Origin: Schmidtea polychroa
Taxonomy: Eukaryota
DNA: 64,000 nt
Assembly (NCBI GenBank): GCA_044892525.1
Contig: CM097885.1
Span: forward strand, 237,338,001 to 237,402,000
Reading direction: 5' to 3'
The notes beneath the pieces are model-generated. The model searched no databases. It was not told the origin of the DNA and saw only the letters and a program-made list of their open reading frames with translations. Position numbers and translations under genes: made by a program. Positions 22,057 through 36,536 of the stretch are shown here, one piece after another. Position 1 is the first letter of the stretch; every line of letters starts with the position of its first letter.

Positions 22057-22587
22057 TTAGTTGTCAGTTAGATTTGTTGATTATCGATTAATATCGATCG
22101 ATTGCACTTGGAATTAGGAGATGCCGTTAATTCATGAAAAAGTTTTTATTATTGAGATCATTTTATTTTCATTTTTTATTGTTTCTATCTAGATTATCGG
22201 TCAATATCTTGTTTTAAAATAACTTGTACAAAGACAGTACCGATAATTTGTTAACGATAAAATAAAATATTAATCGATTATAAGAAAAAGAAATAATAAT
22301 AACGATATAAAAAATAAAATAAAGGATTTTATTAAATAGAAGTTATTTTATTTTTTCTTAAAATTAATTTTCTTTTAATTAACAATATTATTATTATTTA
22401 TTATTTTTATTATTTATTATTACTTATTATTATTATTACTTATTATTATTATTATTACTTATTATTATTATTATTATTATTACTTATTATTATTATTATT
22501 ACTTATTATTATTATTATTATTATTATTATTTCTTATTATTATTAATAATTATTATCATTATTATTTATTTTTATTATTATTATTAT

Positions 22588-22638
<51 letters not shown>

Positions 22639-22805
22639 TTTATTATTTATTATTACTTTTTATTATTTTTATTACTTATCATTATTATTATTATTATTAT
22701 TTATTTATTATTATTATTATTATTTCTTATTATTATTAATAATTATTATCATTATTATTTATTATTATTATTATTATTATTATTTATTTATTATTATTAT
22801 TATTA

Positions 22806-22856
<51 letters not shown>

Positions 22857-23090
22857 TTTATTATTTATTATTACTTTTTATTATTTTTATTACTTATCAT
22901 TATTATTATTATTATTATTTATTTATTATTATTATTTCTTATTATTATTAATAATTATTATCATTATTACTTATCATTATTATTATTATTATTATTTATT
23001 TATTATTATTATTATTATTTCTTATTATTATTAATAATTATTATCATTATTATTTATTTTTATTATTATTATTATTTATTATTATTATTA
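22057..23090 (+). repeat. Interspersed repeat with (TAT)n tail, copy 2
   Basis: Reverse complement of 12525-13274; ~700-bp degenerate TAT microsatellite. Confidence 0.85.
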
Positions 23091-23545
23091 TAAACAGAAC
23101 ACGTTTTGTGATACCTAGTGCAAATCATATAGTAGACTAGTTTTGAGCCTTTGGCTCTCATCAAAGAATTCGTAATAAACTAAATCAGCAACATTGTATA
23201 TTTACCTTGAAAATAGGAGATGCAAAATTATGAGAAGGGGTGGGAACAATATCTGGACCCAATAATGCGAGGTGAATACGGCGTTGATAATTGTAGGTAT
23301 TGTAGATTGTACTGCTTCTTTTGTTAATACTGTTTGTAACTTTTTACGCGGTTTATCCTTCATTGTAAGGGAATAAATATTTTATTATTAATAATTATTG
23401 ATTATTACCCATCCCTACAATTCACGCTCTTTGATGTCTTTCTGTATATACAAAATACTGTCTTTATCTTATTAGATTTATACAATTTTCGCTTCCTTTG
23501 TCCAAATAATTATTTATCTTAGTGGATAATATCAAGGAATTAGAC

Positions 23546-23898
23546 CAGTGGTTCTCAACTCGTGTTCCAGTATTCCGCGAAATAAATGACATTTTATCTT
23601 TAAATTTGTATTTAAGATACATATCATCAAAAACCTCAATTAATTTTTTTATAAGATGATTCAATAAGAAAGCCTTTACACAGATATATAAACATACAAA
23701 TATAAAAGTGTTTTATTGCTTGTTATTGTTGCGCGTGGTATTTGCTTTGCTTATAAGAAGGTATTGTTTACGTTTACGACAGATTTATAGTAATTTGTGA
23801 TTGGTCACTCATTGTGGGAAAGTATTTTTTTGTCAGTGTTCCGCGTAAAAAATCATGTGAATGTTGTTCCGCGCTTTTATATTAATTGAGAACCTCTG
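23546..23898. mobile_element. hAT (Charlie-like) MITE
   Basis: TIR CAGTGGTTCTCAA / TTGAGAACCTCTG; imperfect 8-bp TSD AATTAGAC/GATTAGAT; subterminal TTCCGCG motifs. Confidence 0.75.
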
Positions 23899-26632
23899 GA
23901 TTAGATAATGATGCAGGAAAAGTTGAGAAATCTGAATCTAATCTCTGATAAAATGAAATTTATATTTAAAAGACTTATTTCCAAAGTTGAGCGTTCCCAG
24001 GAACCCCTTGGATATATGTTGATAAATAACCTATTTATAAATGTATATAACTGAATGGAAGTCCTTAAAAAGGAAATTAGTATATTGATATCGAGTGTAT
24101 TTTTTAGTTGTCTCATTAGCCTCCAATTACTCTAAACGTAGCTAAATTGTTTATGGACAATGGTTAGTAACAGGTGAAAAATATATTGTATTGAAACCTA
24201 CGGTTGACCACTTTTCCCCGGTAGAAGGAAGGAGTAATTTTAACAAAAAAAATACAAAATTACACGTTAAGAAAAAAATAATTCGAACAAGTGATTAGTT
24301 TTAACTTTTTAAATTATTTACTACTTATAACTTTTAACAGTAGTATGGAATTTTCAAATAAGTTCTATTACGATGTCCGCGTGAATAGACTATAGAAACT
24401 AAATTGATAATAAACGAATTGTTAAATCCGGGACTGTCCCCATATATATAAAATCCGGGACGAATGGTCACTCTATAAAAGACCATAATACTGAATAGAT
24501 AATTGATTTCAAATGGTAAATTTTTAAGGTATATGATAGGTGACGTTATTCTATGAAACAAGATGTATATTTATATAGAATCACACGAGCGAACGTATCA
24601 ATCACCCAAAGAGATTCCGACGCAATTTTTTAGAATCTCCTTCCACATTAAAACAATATGCGTTATTAAATTCATAATCTATATTATAAACTTTATATAT
24701 ATATATATATATATATCAGCATTGACACGAAATAATGCCATTGTAACCATGGAAACCGACTTAAAATAGAAAAGTAGCAAAAAAGCTTCCGAATAGTAAA
24801 TAATCTAATACCAAAAAAGGAACAGTAAGTAGAGAAGGAGAAAAGAATACGTTTATATAGCCATTGAGTGCGTCTTTAACAATTAGATCTCCATAGAAAG
24901 CACTAGGAACAAAATCTAGAAATCGTTGTTGCGTGCCACCTTGGAACATGAGATGAATGGAATCACGGCATCTAGAGGGGTTTATAAGCCATCAATGGTT
25001 CATTAATTATCTAGATTTCAAAGGAAATGGGTGAGAAAGAGAAGGGGGGGGGCAAGGAAGTGCGGGAGGACGAGGGATGTTAGAAATAACAACTTTCCAA
25101 CCCCTTAAAAAGATTTGTTTCCCTACGAAATAAAGAAACATTTAACATCAAATGATAAAATTAACAAACTCGTTTGTTTTATTGTAACCAATTGTATAGC
25201 AATTTTTACCATTCAATTCAATAAATGCGAATCAATTGCGTGCTAACTATCAAATACCCATTAAATGACCTACTTAGTTAATATTTTGTTACGTCATTGA
25301 GTAATAATTGTGTTTTCTAAAAGTATAAGCTTTAAATAGAAAGTTAATGCAAAATTATGTGAAGGGGAGGGGAATATCTGGACCCCATAAATCATAATGA
25401 TTCACATTTATATAATCCCAAAACCTTTAGAAATAAAATTGCATAGATATAAAACTTACCGTTTCTGTTTTTAATGAAATTTTCTCAACATTATCAGAAA
25501 TTTCTTCTTTAATTAATTTTACAGAAATTTTATCATTTTCCTTAAAAAATTCTTTAAAGTAAAAATTCATAATGCAAAATAATTACGAAATTTCGTTTGT
25601 TAATCTTAAATTTTACTGCTTGTGATTTCATTATATCAACTTGTTTTCTCAAACCAGATACGTTTTCCTTGACTGACGTCATTTGCTTTTGCAAACTAAC
25701 GAGCTTTGCCACCTTACCAATGTGACATACCTTTTCATTTAACTGAAAGTCATCCCTATCTTGCTGAAATTCCAATAAGCTTGTGGAAGGATTCAAATAT
25801 TTACCATCAGTTTATTATATATTTCCATTTTTTTAATTAATAAACTTTTAAGTTTGTGATTTTTCTTGAATAATTCAACTCTGGAAAAATCGGTGACAAG
25901 GGAAAGCGCGCTAGTATCAATGGTAGTACGGTTTAAATTAATGTCAGGCGAGATATCAATTTTTCCAACCACACCATTACTAAAATAATAATAAATAATT
26001 ACAAAAAAATTATACTAACCAATTGTTAGCTTTAGCATTTAATTCATGAAAAAAGCCTAAATTACAATTATCTGAAGATAAATTTCTAAGTATCAGTCTA
26101 GAATGATTAATTATGAGTTGAACATTTAATTAAATCTTATATACAAACTTTAATTTATTATGCTTATTTTCAATTTCTTTATTAAACTTTGAGAAACTGT
26201 TGTCAACAATTAGATCAGACATTAGCAAATTAATAATAATATACGAAATTTTTAATATTAAATCTTAAATTTAAAAATTATTAAAAAATAAACTTAAACA
26301 AACAAAATTCAAACTAGAGTTAATGTTTATTGAAACATGTTTCATCAATGAGCTCAAAGAAGTTTTAGTCTTCAGAATGTTTTTAATATTTTAATTTATT
26401 ATTTCTTGGACATAACAATGAAATTTTAATTATTATTTAAATATATCAATAAGAGCAGATCATTTTAAACAGAAATTCGAATATCCAAAACTAAAAGTAT
26501 TGAATACAAATAATTATAAGAATTAAAAACAAAAGTATTGATGGTAGAAAACAATGGTTTCTTGGTAGTAGAATAAACTAAATCTCAAACAAGTAAAATA
26601 TAATATATGCATTTGCGGTAAAGGTTTACACA

Positions 26633-27392
26633 AAGGGTCGACCCTAGGACAAGGCGAACAAGGCAACCCCCTTGGGGCCCGCGCTTTGACTTAACTTTAT
26701 TTTTACTGTATAAAAAAACGAAAAATTCAGTTTTTTGTATAAGAAAACTGAACCACCTGAAAACACTTACAAAAAATTTCCAAACTAATTGAAACTATAA
26801 AATCAGACTTTTTATCTTTTTAACAGCTCTAGAAACCAAAAAAGTTTTTTTTGCTTCAGTAGCAGGATATGCCTTCAGTATGATCCAACGGCAATTTATG
26901 GCACATAATGGAAAATGTAAACTTTACGTTAATAAACTTTATTTAGCTTTAAATAAGAATTGTTTAAATGATTTAAATAAGAATTTTTATTTGAATTTGG
27001 AGTAAAAGCTCACAGCCTGCGAAAGTAAAGATCTTGATGGTTTCATGCTTGCTGAAGAGTTGCAATTATTGAGTTCCATAATTCCTGCAGCCACCTACAA
27101 CGACCCTGTTAAGATTTTGCAGTTTCTGTTAGTAAACAAGCGTTATAGTGACTTTCCTAACACACACATTGCTCTTCGAATACTTCTAACTACTCCTGTC
27201 ACTGTTGGTTCCGGAGAAAGAAGCTTTTTGAAACTTAAACTTATTAAAACCTATATACGATCAACAATGATTCAAGATCGGCTCAGTAACTTAGCTATTT
27301 TGTCAATTGAGAATGATGTTGCTAAGGATTTTGACAATAATATACTTATTAGAGATTTTGCAGTCGCCAAAGCTCGCAAGATTTGCTTGTAA
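26633..27392 (+). mobile_element. hAT transposon remnant with C-terminal dimerisation domain ORF (27045-27392)
   Basis: ORF has FPNTHIALRILLTTPVTVGSGERSFLKLKLIKTYIRSTMIQDRLSNLAILSIE (hATC). GC-rich hAT-like end sequence at ~26633-26683. Confidence 0.8.
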
Positions 27393-28272
27393 GTTGTAAA
27401 AACAAGGTGGAAGTAGAAGATACAACCAAACCAACGCTATAGTGTATATAATTTATAATGTAGAGTTATATATGAACTGTCAATTTGCATGCAAAAACAA
27501 AACATTTTAAGTATCAATGTTTTTTGAGTTTTATGATTTTCAGTTAAAAGAATAAAACTGTAAAACTGTTATTTTATGGTAAATTTGGTGAAACATTTGT
27601 TAATTTGTAAGAAATATAGATATATAGAATTTTGATAATACCGGCTTTGATGTCCAATTCCATCTTGCGTAACCGTGCGATCGCTGGATTGATATCAGTT
27701 ACGTCTTGCATTCGGGCTATTCGTATTTGGGTTTAAAACCGGTTTTCGCTTGAGCAGGATCACGGGTCATCCGTCTTCCCCCATTATTCGAGAACACCGA
27801 ATCGGTTCGATCCGAAATCCATCGTTCGAAGCACGGATCTTGTGCCATATCCAATCGCGCTACGGAAATATGTTTGAGCGACTCGGGTGAACTTCGCTGG
27901 GTTTGATCTTCTCATCGCTCGAGCTGGACCACTCGATAAAAACATACAGAAGATGGGCCGGCCTCGGAATCGGAATATTGACGCTTATAGTTCGTTGACT
28001 AGAAACAATTCAATAATCATCCTAATCAATTATCGTGTCGTAAATAATTGGTGACTATACTGGTGTGCGACAACGTGTGTCTATCATTATTAACCGGCTT
28101 GCACATTGATTATCGATTTTCAGTCCATCCGGTTTCCTATTAACCACACTTCCTTACTCAGACATACCCATACACATACATACCCACTTACAAATTCGCG
28201 TACCTATGTCCTTACAAATGCACCCTGGTAGCCAACACCCATGTACACATTCACTTGAACACAGATCATGGG

Positions 28273-28921
28273 CAATGTTCCCTCTAATTTTTGCAAGTCC
28301 CTATGCGCAATTTTCGGTGCTGTGCAAAATATGACAAACTGAAATTAATTGTGTGACTTGTGTACACAAGAATGAACATAGGACAAGAAAACAATTTATT
28401 AATTTTATAGACTCTTCATTTCTTTACAAGACTGATTGTAGGGGTACAATAAGCTGTTGAAAATAATACTATAAGCTACAATAAAACAATTACTTATAAA
28501 GCAAATAAATTGTCTCATTGTACATTCTACTTTTTGTTTGTGTCAATTGTGTACCAACATTCTAATTCTTCTCTCTTCAGACTTTTGCTTGTACCCATGC
28601 TTTGTACACACAATCTAAATCAACCACACCATTACTTTAAATATAGGTCTTAATTCTTACAATAATGTCTAGATGTACATCACCCATTCAATTTCTTTGC
28701 TTGGTTTTAATGGAATTCATTAAACTAAATCCCCTTTCACAGTCTGCACTTGATGCCATAAATGTCCCAGCAATGTCCAACAACTTTGCCAAATCAAAAT
28801 ATTCTCGACTTTTATAATCATGTTGCACAAGTTCTAGGAAAATGTTCACAGATTTTGATTTGAATTTTCTTTGAGCATAAAATTTGAAATTATTGTACTG
28901 TTGAGGATACCTAAATAACAA
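28273..28921 (-). mobile_element. Second hAT remnant (dimerisation domain ORF 28688-28921)
   Basis: ASSADCERGFSLMNSIKTKQRN motif; probable terminus CAATGTTCCCTCTAA at 28273; interrupted at ~28920 by an interspersed repeat. Confidence 0.75.
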
Positions 28922-29900
28922 TTTATAAAGAAATAAATAAAATTACCTGGGGGAAGATCGCCATGACAAACGGGACGATCTATTGGAACTCAGAAAAGAA
29001 AACGGAAGTAAAAAGAAATTAAAAATGAGAAAGATAAAGGAAATAAAAGGAATCAAACAGGAAAATGAAAACCAAGGTCAGTACTAATTAATTAGTACAA
29101 AAAGAAAAAGGAATTTTGAAATCGGGGAAAAAGGAAAACAACAATATCCTTATCTCGACAGCTTGCCAGTGATAACAGAATTGATGGTAGAAGGCGGTCA
29201 AACAAAAAAGGGAAAACGGGAAAATAACTTGACAGCTGTCAGAGATAAAAATGGGACAGTCGGGAAAAGCAGGAGAAGGAAAATGGGAAAACACTTGATT
29301 ATCTGGAGTGCCACAAGAGAAGCGAACTATATAAGGGAAAACTGGTGGACATGAAGAGAGAAGAAAAATTAGAGACAAAGTGACGCGAAATTGAAAACGA
29401 TTTGGAAGACGATTTGAGAGACAATTTGAGAGACGATTTGAGAGACGATTTGAGAGATAAAATTATTGGAGAAAATTAGACGTTGGACGAAACGTTGTTG
29501 GACAAACGATTGTCAAAAATAATTGTAAAGGAAATAATTGTGGAAAATAATTATTGGAGAAGAGTTGAAGAAAAGAATTAGTTGAATAATAAAACGAAAA
29601 GAAGTTATTTGATTATTTGAATAAAGTTTGGAAGAAAGTCAAAGAAAACAAGCAGCTCAAAATCCCAGTTTAGAAACCAATCAGTAATTTGTGATCTTTT
29701 AATCCGGTGTTATACAAAAGTGCTATTCCTCACCGAGTGTTGTAATATGCATTATATAGTCACCAAGCAGAGTGTTGAATTTATTGTCAGTGTCAAGTGA
29801 AAGTTTATTTGTGATTATCAAATAAAGATTTCTGTTGTCAAGTGTTATTTGTGAATTGTCTAAAGACACGCTTGGAGTCAGAGTAACATTTAAAATAATC
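28920..29900 (+). mobile_element. Interspersed repeat, possibly a solo LTR (copy 2)
   Basis: Homologous to 8550-9484; contains a GAGACGATTTGA 12-mer microarray at ~29395-29456. Confidence 0.6.
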
Positions 29901-31462
29901 ACCAACTCAATAACCCAACAGTACTAATGTCAACTAAATTTATAATCTAATCAACGCTTTAAGAAAAATTTTTAAAAAATGTTATTACCAGGATATATGG
30001 GATGTATTTTATATACATTTATGTTTTGATCTATTTATTTCTAAAATTAATTCTTAATTATCAATTGTCCCACAATTTATTATTGTTTATCTTTGTTCAC
30101 CTTTTTAATATCTACGTACACAATTTATTTGTCATAAGAGAGAGCTTTATTATTGGCGTGATTTATTGATTTCAGCTTTTGGTTCCAATACTTTCCTGCT
30201 GGGAAAGTTGCTTGCAACGGCTCACTCCTCGTTTTATTGCCTCTTATTTGGATGTTCTATGGTTAAAAAAAAATTTGATTGTTTTCACTTAATAGTCGTC
30301 TGTGGTTCAGAAGCAAATGTCGAAGCAATTACAGATGTATATATGCAATCGAGTTTACCTTAAGTAAAGGCGCTTTAGTTCTGGTTGTATGCTAAAGAGG
30401 AATTTCCAGTTTGTTTTGGGATATTGAAATCTTTTATTCATGTTTTGTTTAAGTAGGTTTCGTGCAGCACTTCTTGCTTGTGTTTAATTTTTCTTTTAAT
30501 TTGGGTATTTTACTTTAGTGTACAGTGTTTTCTGTTGTTTTTGTTTACATGATGTTTCTTATGTTTTATTTTGAGTATACTTAACGCTGGGTATGCGTGT
30601 TATATACCGATGCATTCCGTCACAATCTAAACTTTGGTCTTAGAATTTAATTTTAGCCCAACAGTCCTCTAAAAGAACAAAATTCACTAAAATGTATATT
30701 TCTTAAAAATCAACAAAACATTTCACCAAATTTACCATAAAAAACTTAACTAGAGATCATAATTTTTTCATTGATTCCCTACCATAATTCTTCACCGATT
30801 TCCCTAATGATATTCAAGTAATTATTGCCTGATATACCTTTCAAACTACGTAAATCACAAATTTCAAATATTACATTAATTAACTTAATTTTACTAAATT
30901 TTAAATTATTACCTTAATGTCTCAATAATCCTTGGATTGTCTAAATATTTTATTAAAATCTTTAGAATATTGCCATAATTTTCTTTAATTTATTAAATTT
31001 TAAATTATCATATTAATGTCTCAGTGTCATTCAAAATATTTTACCAAATTTTAAATCTATTACTTATTTTTTAAATAATTTCCTAATTTACTTTAATTTG
31101 CTTAATTTTAAATTTCAATTTCCAATTTTTCAAATGTCATCGATTATTTAAATTTTAAATATTACACTAATTTACTCTAATTTACTTAATTGCACTTAAT
31201 TTTCTTTAATTGAAAATTATTACCAAATTTCTCGTGGCCATCGATTTATCAAAATATTTGACCAAAATTAAAGATCTATTACTAATTTTTAAAATATTGC
31301 CCTAATTTACTTAAACTTAAAATGATCACTTTAATGTCTAAATATTAATTTACTCTAATTTATTTAATTTAAAATTATTACTGAAATTTCACGTGGCCAT
31401 CGATTTATCAAAATATTTGACAATAAATTCTTGTACAAGAATACTTTTGCTTTTTTACTTTT

Positions 31463-31750
31463 TCAGCGACAGTCGGATTTAGTATACAAAAATCCAGAGA
31501 TCAAAGAGACCTCCTGACTATAGTGTGAAAAAACACCATGTAGACCTCTGGAGCAATGGCTTTTTGTATAGTAAAATCCAGAGACCAAATAGACCACTTG
31601 ACTGTAGTGTGAAAAAATATAGTGTAGCCCCCGGCAGCAACGACTTTTTAGCGAGAGTCGGGTTTTGTGTACAATAAATATTCCTTTGATATAAAGAGAC
31701 CCCATAACTACAGTATAAATCTATTAAATATAGTGTAGCCCTCTGAAACA
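31463..31750. repeat. Degenerate minisatellite, ~80-120-bp unit, about 3 copies
   Basis: Recurrent AAATCCAGAGA.CAAA.AGACC...GACT.TAGTGTGAAAAAA and TAGTGTAGCCC. Confidence 0.7.
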
Positions 31751-32017
31751 ACATTTTTTTTCTAGGAGGAAGGGGGTATACTGAATGGTCTGCTCCAGTG
31801 AGCTACTAACTACCTACTTAAATTGAATTTATATTGCTTAGGCAGTTAATTCTAAAGCCGGCCATGCTATACCTACCATTAAAAATTGTTCTGTGTGTGG
31901 AATAAATTTTAACATTATTTCTTTCTTTCTTTATTTTATTTATTGGCTCCAGCTATTGGCTGAGTGTTTCGAGCGTGTGTTTTCCTTTATATTTATAAAT
32001 TGTTCTTATATAATAAT

Positions 32018-32086
<69 letters not shown>

Positions 32087-32587
32087 TGTTGGGCCAAACT
32101 CCGAGAGTGTTGGAAATCAGGTTGAGAATGAATAAAGGGGATAAAATAAATTTCACGAAAATCGCGGAAAAATATAAGAACAACTAAATTAGATAACCAT
32201 AAAAGAAATAAGAATATAAAGGGAATAAAAATAACTAATAAAATAATAAAATGTATAAGACGAAAAACAAGACGAAAAAGAAAAGTACCCAACACACCTA
32301 ATAACGGAAGGAAATAAAATAATAAAATTTAAGGAAAATAAACAAGAAATTAAGAAATAAAATAGAAATAAAATCATTTTCAAATAAATATATAGGCTAA
32401 TTAAAACAAAAAATTGTACTATAATCAAATAACAATAAACTAGCAGGAAAAACAGGAGAAAAAGAATAAAAAATAGGAAATAAATAAAATAATAAGAAAA
32501 ATAAGAAAAAGTTATTAAATTCTAGCATATTACGTCAAAAAACATAAAAATAATAATAAATAATAACATTGCACACAAGGCGTGTCC

Positions 32588-32612
32588 TGATTGGACGAGA
32601 AATAGTATAAAA
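32588..32612 (+). promoter_or_regulatory. Inverted CCAAT (GATTGG) plus TATA box (TATAAAAG)
   Basis: CTGATTGGACGAGAAATAGTATAAAAG, about 500 bp inside the TG...CA element. Confidence 0.45.
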
Positions 32613-35261
32613 GAAATGGAAAATATCTGTAGAGTACCATTTAACCGCTATACTCTACAGGTAAAATTTTACTATTTTTTAACTACCATTTAACCGCTAT
32701 ACTCTACAGACTTAGAAACCTATTTTTGGACTTCACTACAACTTATTCAACAGGAACCTTTTGATAGACGACGAGTTAAAATCATTCGAAATCATTCAGA
32801 CAGAGATCAGGATTTTAAAGGGACGAAACCACTAAACTTGGAAAACAATTTGAATATTCTCAACGATATTTTCAACGCTCTCGAGGAAAATTTTGGTAAG
32901 TGGTATGAGTGAATATTGTATGATATTTTTAGATATAATAATGAACAACAAAAACAATTTAATAAAATTTATACTTTCAAAGATGCATTCTTTCTTTATG
33001 ATGGCTGGCGACGATGTCGTCTGGGAATCGGATGTGATGCGGCGAATTAGTATGAATCTGAAGAGAATGTCTGGGAACGAATAGCAGGAAAGGAGAAACT
33101 TGAATCGAGTTTTGGAATGAAATGAATATCACGCGAGCTGATTATTTAATACATAACGAGCATCACCATACGGCATCATATCCGAAACGTAGACGGCGTG
33201 GTCGCCAGGTAATTAATTTTCCATTCCGTAGATATGATTCATAAGATTGATTTTTACATGGACCTATTTTATTATATTTTATTATGTATGATTCATTTGT
33301 GAGATAATAATTGGGAAGATAGAATCGTCCTTCCTGACGGTCCAAGAGTGGTGGCAGCGATGTATGCCATTCTTGGGTGGGTCCGGAGGGGTGAGGACAT
33401 CTTGTGAGTGGCAGAAAGTGGTTACAGGGACAAATCTTTTCATCGAGTGCGATCCGTTATTATCGTTGTCGGAAATATTTCCAGCGGAACGAGTTACAGT
33501 CATGAAATTTCATGTAGAGGACAAATCCATGGAGAATTTTAGAAAATTGCGGATTTACAAAGCATAGACACTATATCCAATTGTCTTTTCTCGAATCTCG
33601 ATTGCATACGAACTACGGCTTTTACTTGCCGACGAACAGCGTCGAAGTATCCAAACAACAGAGACCTGTATTCGCGCGATATTGTCGATAGGATTTCCCA
33701 GGAAAATTATGAAACTGTAGTCTTCTAAGGTTTAAATCGCCAGGACGTTGGCGACGAAACCCATCTATGATGTACTCTTAGGCTGAATTATAAACTCTTG
33801 TATTGCTGATAAGCCTCGATTCTCTGAAAATAAAGTAAACAAATCCTGAGGAATTATCGGAATACTTACGGCCGATGTGAAGGAAACCGCTGTCAGTGTT
33901 ATCGGCTAATTGCTGAACGAATTTCAGTTAGATTTTGAGTAACCGAATTAGATGACCAACGAAAATCTAATAGGAGAGATAACGTGATAATTTCCGAAAT
34001 GATTTGTTTAGTGGGCGTAGTGGCAAATATCGCCTTGAGTCAACAACACGATAGAAGACGGATTAACAATCCCAATTTACTCGTAATTCTCTACATCTGT
34101 CACATACTGTCTGCGACGATTACTCATGGAAACTCTAGTAGAAAATCCTAAGTGACTACCTCTCGAGAATGCATGCAGTTAGACACACAATAACGAAATT
34201 TCTCCCGGTAGGATGATAGTAAATCCGAACAGTAAATTGTGTTATGTCATCAGAATTGCATAAGAGTACGGAATATTACCTGAGATGGTAGAACCGCGTG
34301 TAAGAGCGGAGGAGTAGATCGTATCATCGTGAAGTAGCACGGCATTGACTTTCCTAGACTAGTGTAGGTAGATAACCACTCAGGCAAGCATAAACCCAGA
34401 CTAGCCAACCAGACACACAAATTCACATAGTAGAGACAAACAATAATACACTAGCACCCATAAGCAGGCGTCGCTATGACGACGATTACGGCGCGTTTTG
34501 TAAATCATTATATTTTAATTTATAATGCATTTTTATATAATATATTTTTAAAATTTTTGCGTTGAACGGGAATTGATATCGCACTATTTAACATGAATGA
34601 CACCGAAAAATAGAATTAGAGCTTGTTAAACAGATTTGATAAAACTAGGTTTAGAAAATTAAACTATAAAAAAGGAAATGCTAAAGAATTATTATAAAAA
34701 GTGAATAAATGAAATAAACATCGGCGGAAAATTAAAATTAGGAAGCTGAGACGTTGAATTAATCGTTGTAATTTAATAACTTACAAGTCTCCTTTTCGAC
34801 TAGCTTGATTTAGGGCAACGCCAAGGAACTTATGTCGCATCCGATTATCTAGCTAACCTAAAACCCTGAAAATTGAACAAAAGTTAGAGCGTTTTACAAC
34901 GAATTTTAAAAAAGGGAAAATAATGTATAAAATCAGCGAGAATGACATGATAATACAAGTTGGTGACGACATAGTTAGAGGTAAACTTTTAACCCCGAAG
35001 ATAGACTTAAGATTGTCACATGCGAATAGGATGACGCGAAAGGTTCCGTTTTCTTTTCCTTCGAACCACAGCTGTTTGAATGAATTCGTTCGAATGTTTG
35101 GGGTTGAATGGGTCTCGGTATGGCCACTGATATATATGCGTGAGGCTGGGTTTTATTGTTTTAACTGTATGCGGAACGGATGTAATAAACTTCGCGTCGT
35201 AAGAGGGTCACTGACAATACCGTAATGTTTGTAGTGTGAGTATAAATGTCTTAACTTTTAG

Positions 35262-36023
35262 ATGACTACACCAACCAAGTCCGGAAGCACTCTTCGTCCT
35301 TGTTTCTCCTGCGCCGATAAAAATGCGGATATCGCGCAGCTCCATCTATACATCGGGGAATTGAAAAAGAGAATTGACCTCTATGAAGGGACGTGGTTCT
35401 CCCCACCACAAATGAAAGAAGAGCCGAGTAAAATCATGAGATTGGAACATTGTCGCGACAGCCTCCTGAAGGAGAGCCGCTGTCAGAGACTGACAATAAA
35501 GGCTCAGTCGGAAGCCCTCCACAAGGTGTATACGGAGGCTGAGCTGGCAAAACGAGTACGAGAGTTTCCCATTCAAGAGAAAGCCAATGTTTTTCCCATA
35601 CACCATCAGTTATCCGAGTCGTCAAAGTCAGGCTGCGAAGGGCATGGTCCTCATCTGCCACCCATCCCAGCCCCAGTGCTGTCAGGTTACTGACCAATGG
35701 CAGGTGGCTCTTCTGACCCCATCCTGGCCCCAATCCTCGTCGCACCCGTCATAGCGCCTTCAATAGGTACCGACCCGCCATCCCGCAACGGGAAGCGACC
35801 AACCAGATCAGAAAAAAATCAAAAGCGAAGAAACGCGATGGCCGCCCTCGAAGCGTCATTGTCTGTGGCGCAATCAACGATCGAGAAAATATTCTCCACG
35901 CACTCAATTCCCGCAAAGGAAATTTTCCGAGTAATTCCGGCCGAGGGGATTAAGTTTGTCACAGATCATCGACTACCTGTCGATATTGACGAGATGCTCG
36001 CAGAAGGAGAAATATTCTCGTAG
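35262..36023 (+). CDS. Hypothetical element-encoded protein: 143-aa and 108-aa ORFs in one frame separated by a single TGA
   Basis: GC-richer than background; CxxC (CFSC), coiled-coil, Pro-rich and basic segments; ATG directly follows an acceptor-like TTTTAG. No family recognised. Confidence 0.45.
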
Positions 36024-36536
36024 CGAACTTTTTCATCGGTCTCGATTCTCCTACATTATGAGTGAACTCGAAAAATTTGACATTATCGTGTGCATGATCT
36101 TTAATGTTCGGTCATTATCTAAATAAGAGTGGTTGTCTCTTTATGTTTATTTTAATATAATTGTTCGATTTCTTTGACCGTGTTAATAGTATGCGTGATT
36201 TTTCGTGGTTGATTTGAGTGAAAAAGGGATCATGAAGATATAGTATGAGCTTAACTGTCGGACTGAATCATGTGTGTAGAAATGGGTAAGACCTCCTAAG
36301 GCACCATGGAACCCGAACCGAGAAAGGGTTAGGAATAGTCCTAAGGCAGGGGCTCACCTGCTAACCTTTTCCAACCCGTGTGGGCAGTACCAACGTGGAA
36401 CATCACCACGGGCTCATACGTGGGAATATTTGTATGATCATTTGGAGTATGCAAGGGAAGTGTCTGAGCGGAACGATGAGGCTTTGTATGTATGACAATC
36501 ATGTATGTATATTTTTCTTCTCCCACATACGCCAAC

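Larger units (their letters stand above)
21225..23509. repeat. Inverted duplication: 21225-21444 versus 23290-23509
   Basis: TTATTTGGACAAAGGAAGCG...ACAATACCTACAAT and its near-exact reverse complement. Confidence 0.85.

Noticed and set aside
25441..26050. Exon-like minus-strand segments with donor-like sites
   Set aside because: No recognisable protein family and no coherent gene model.
31893..32428. Poly-Ile/Leu/Asn ORFs (also 36341-36664, 44595-44783)
   Set aside because: Translations of (AAT)n microsatellites.
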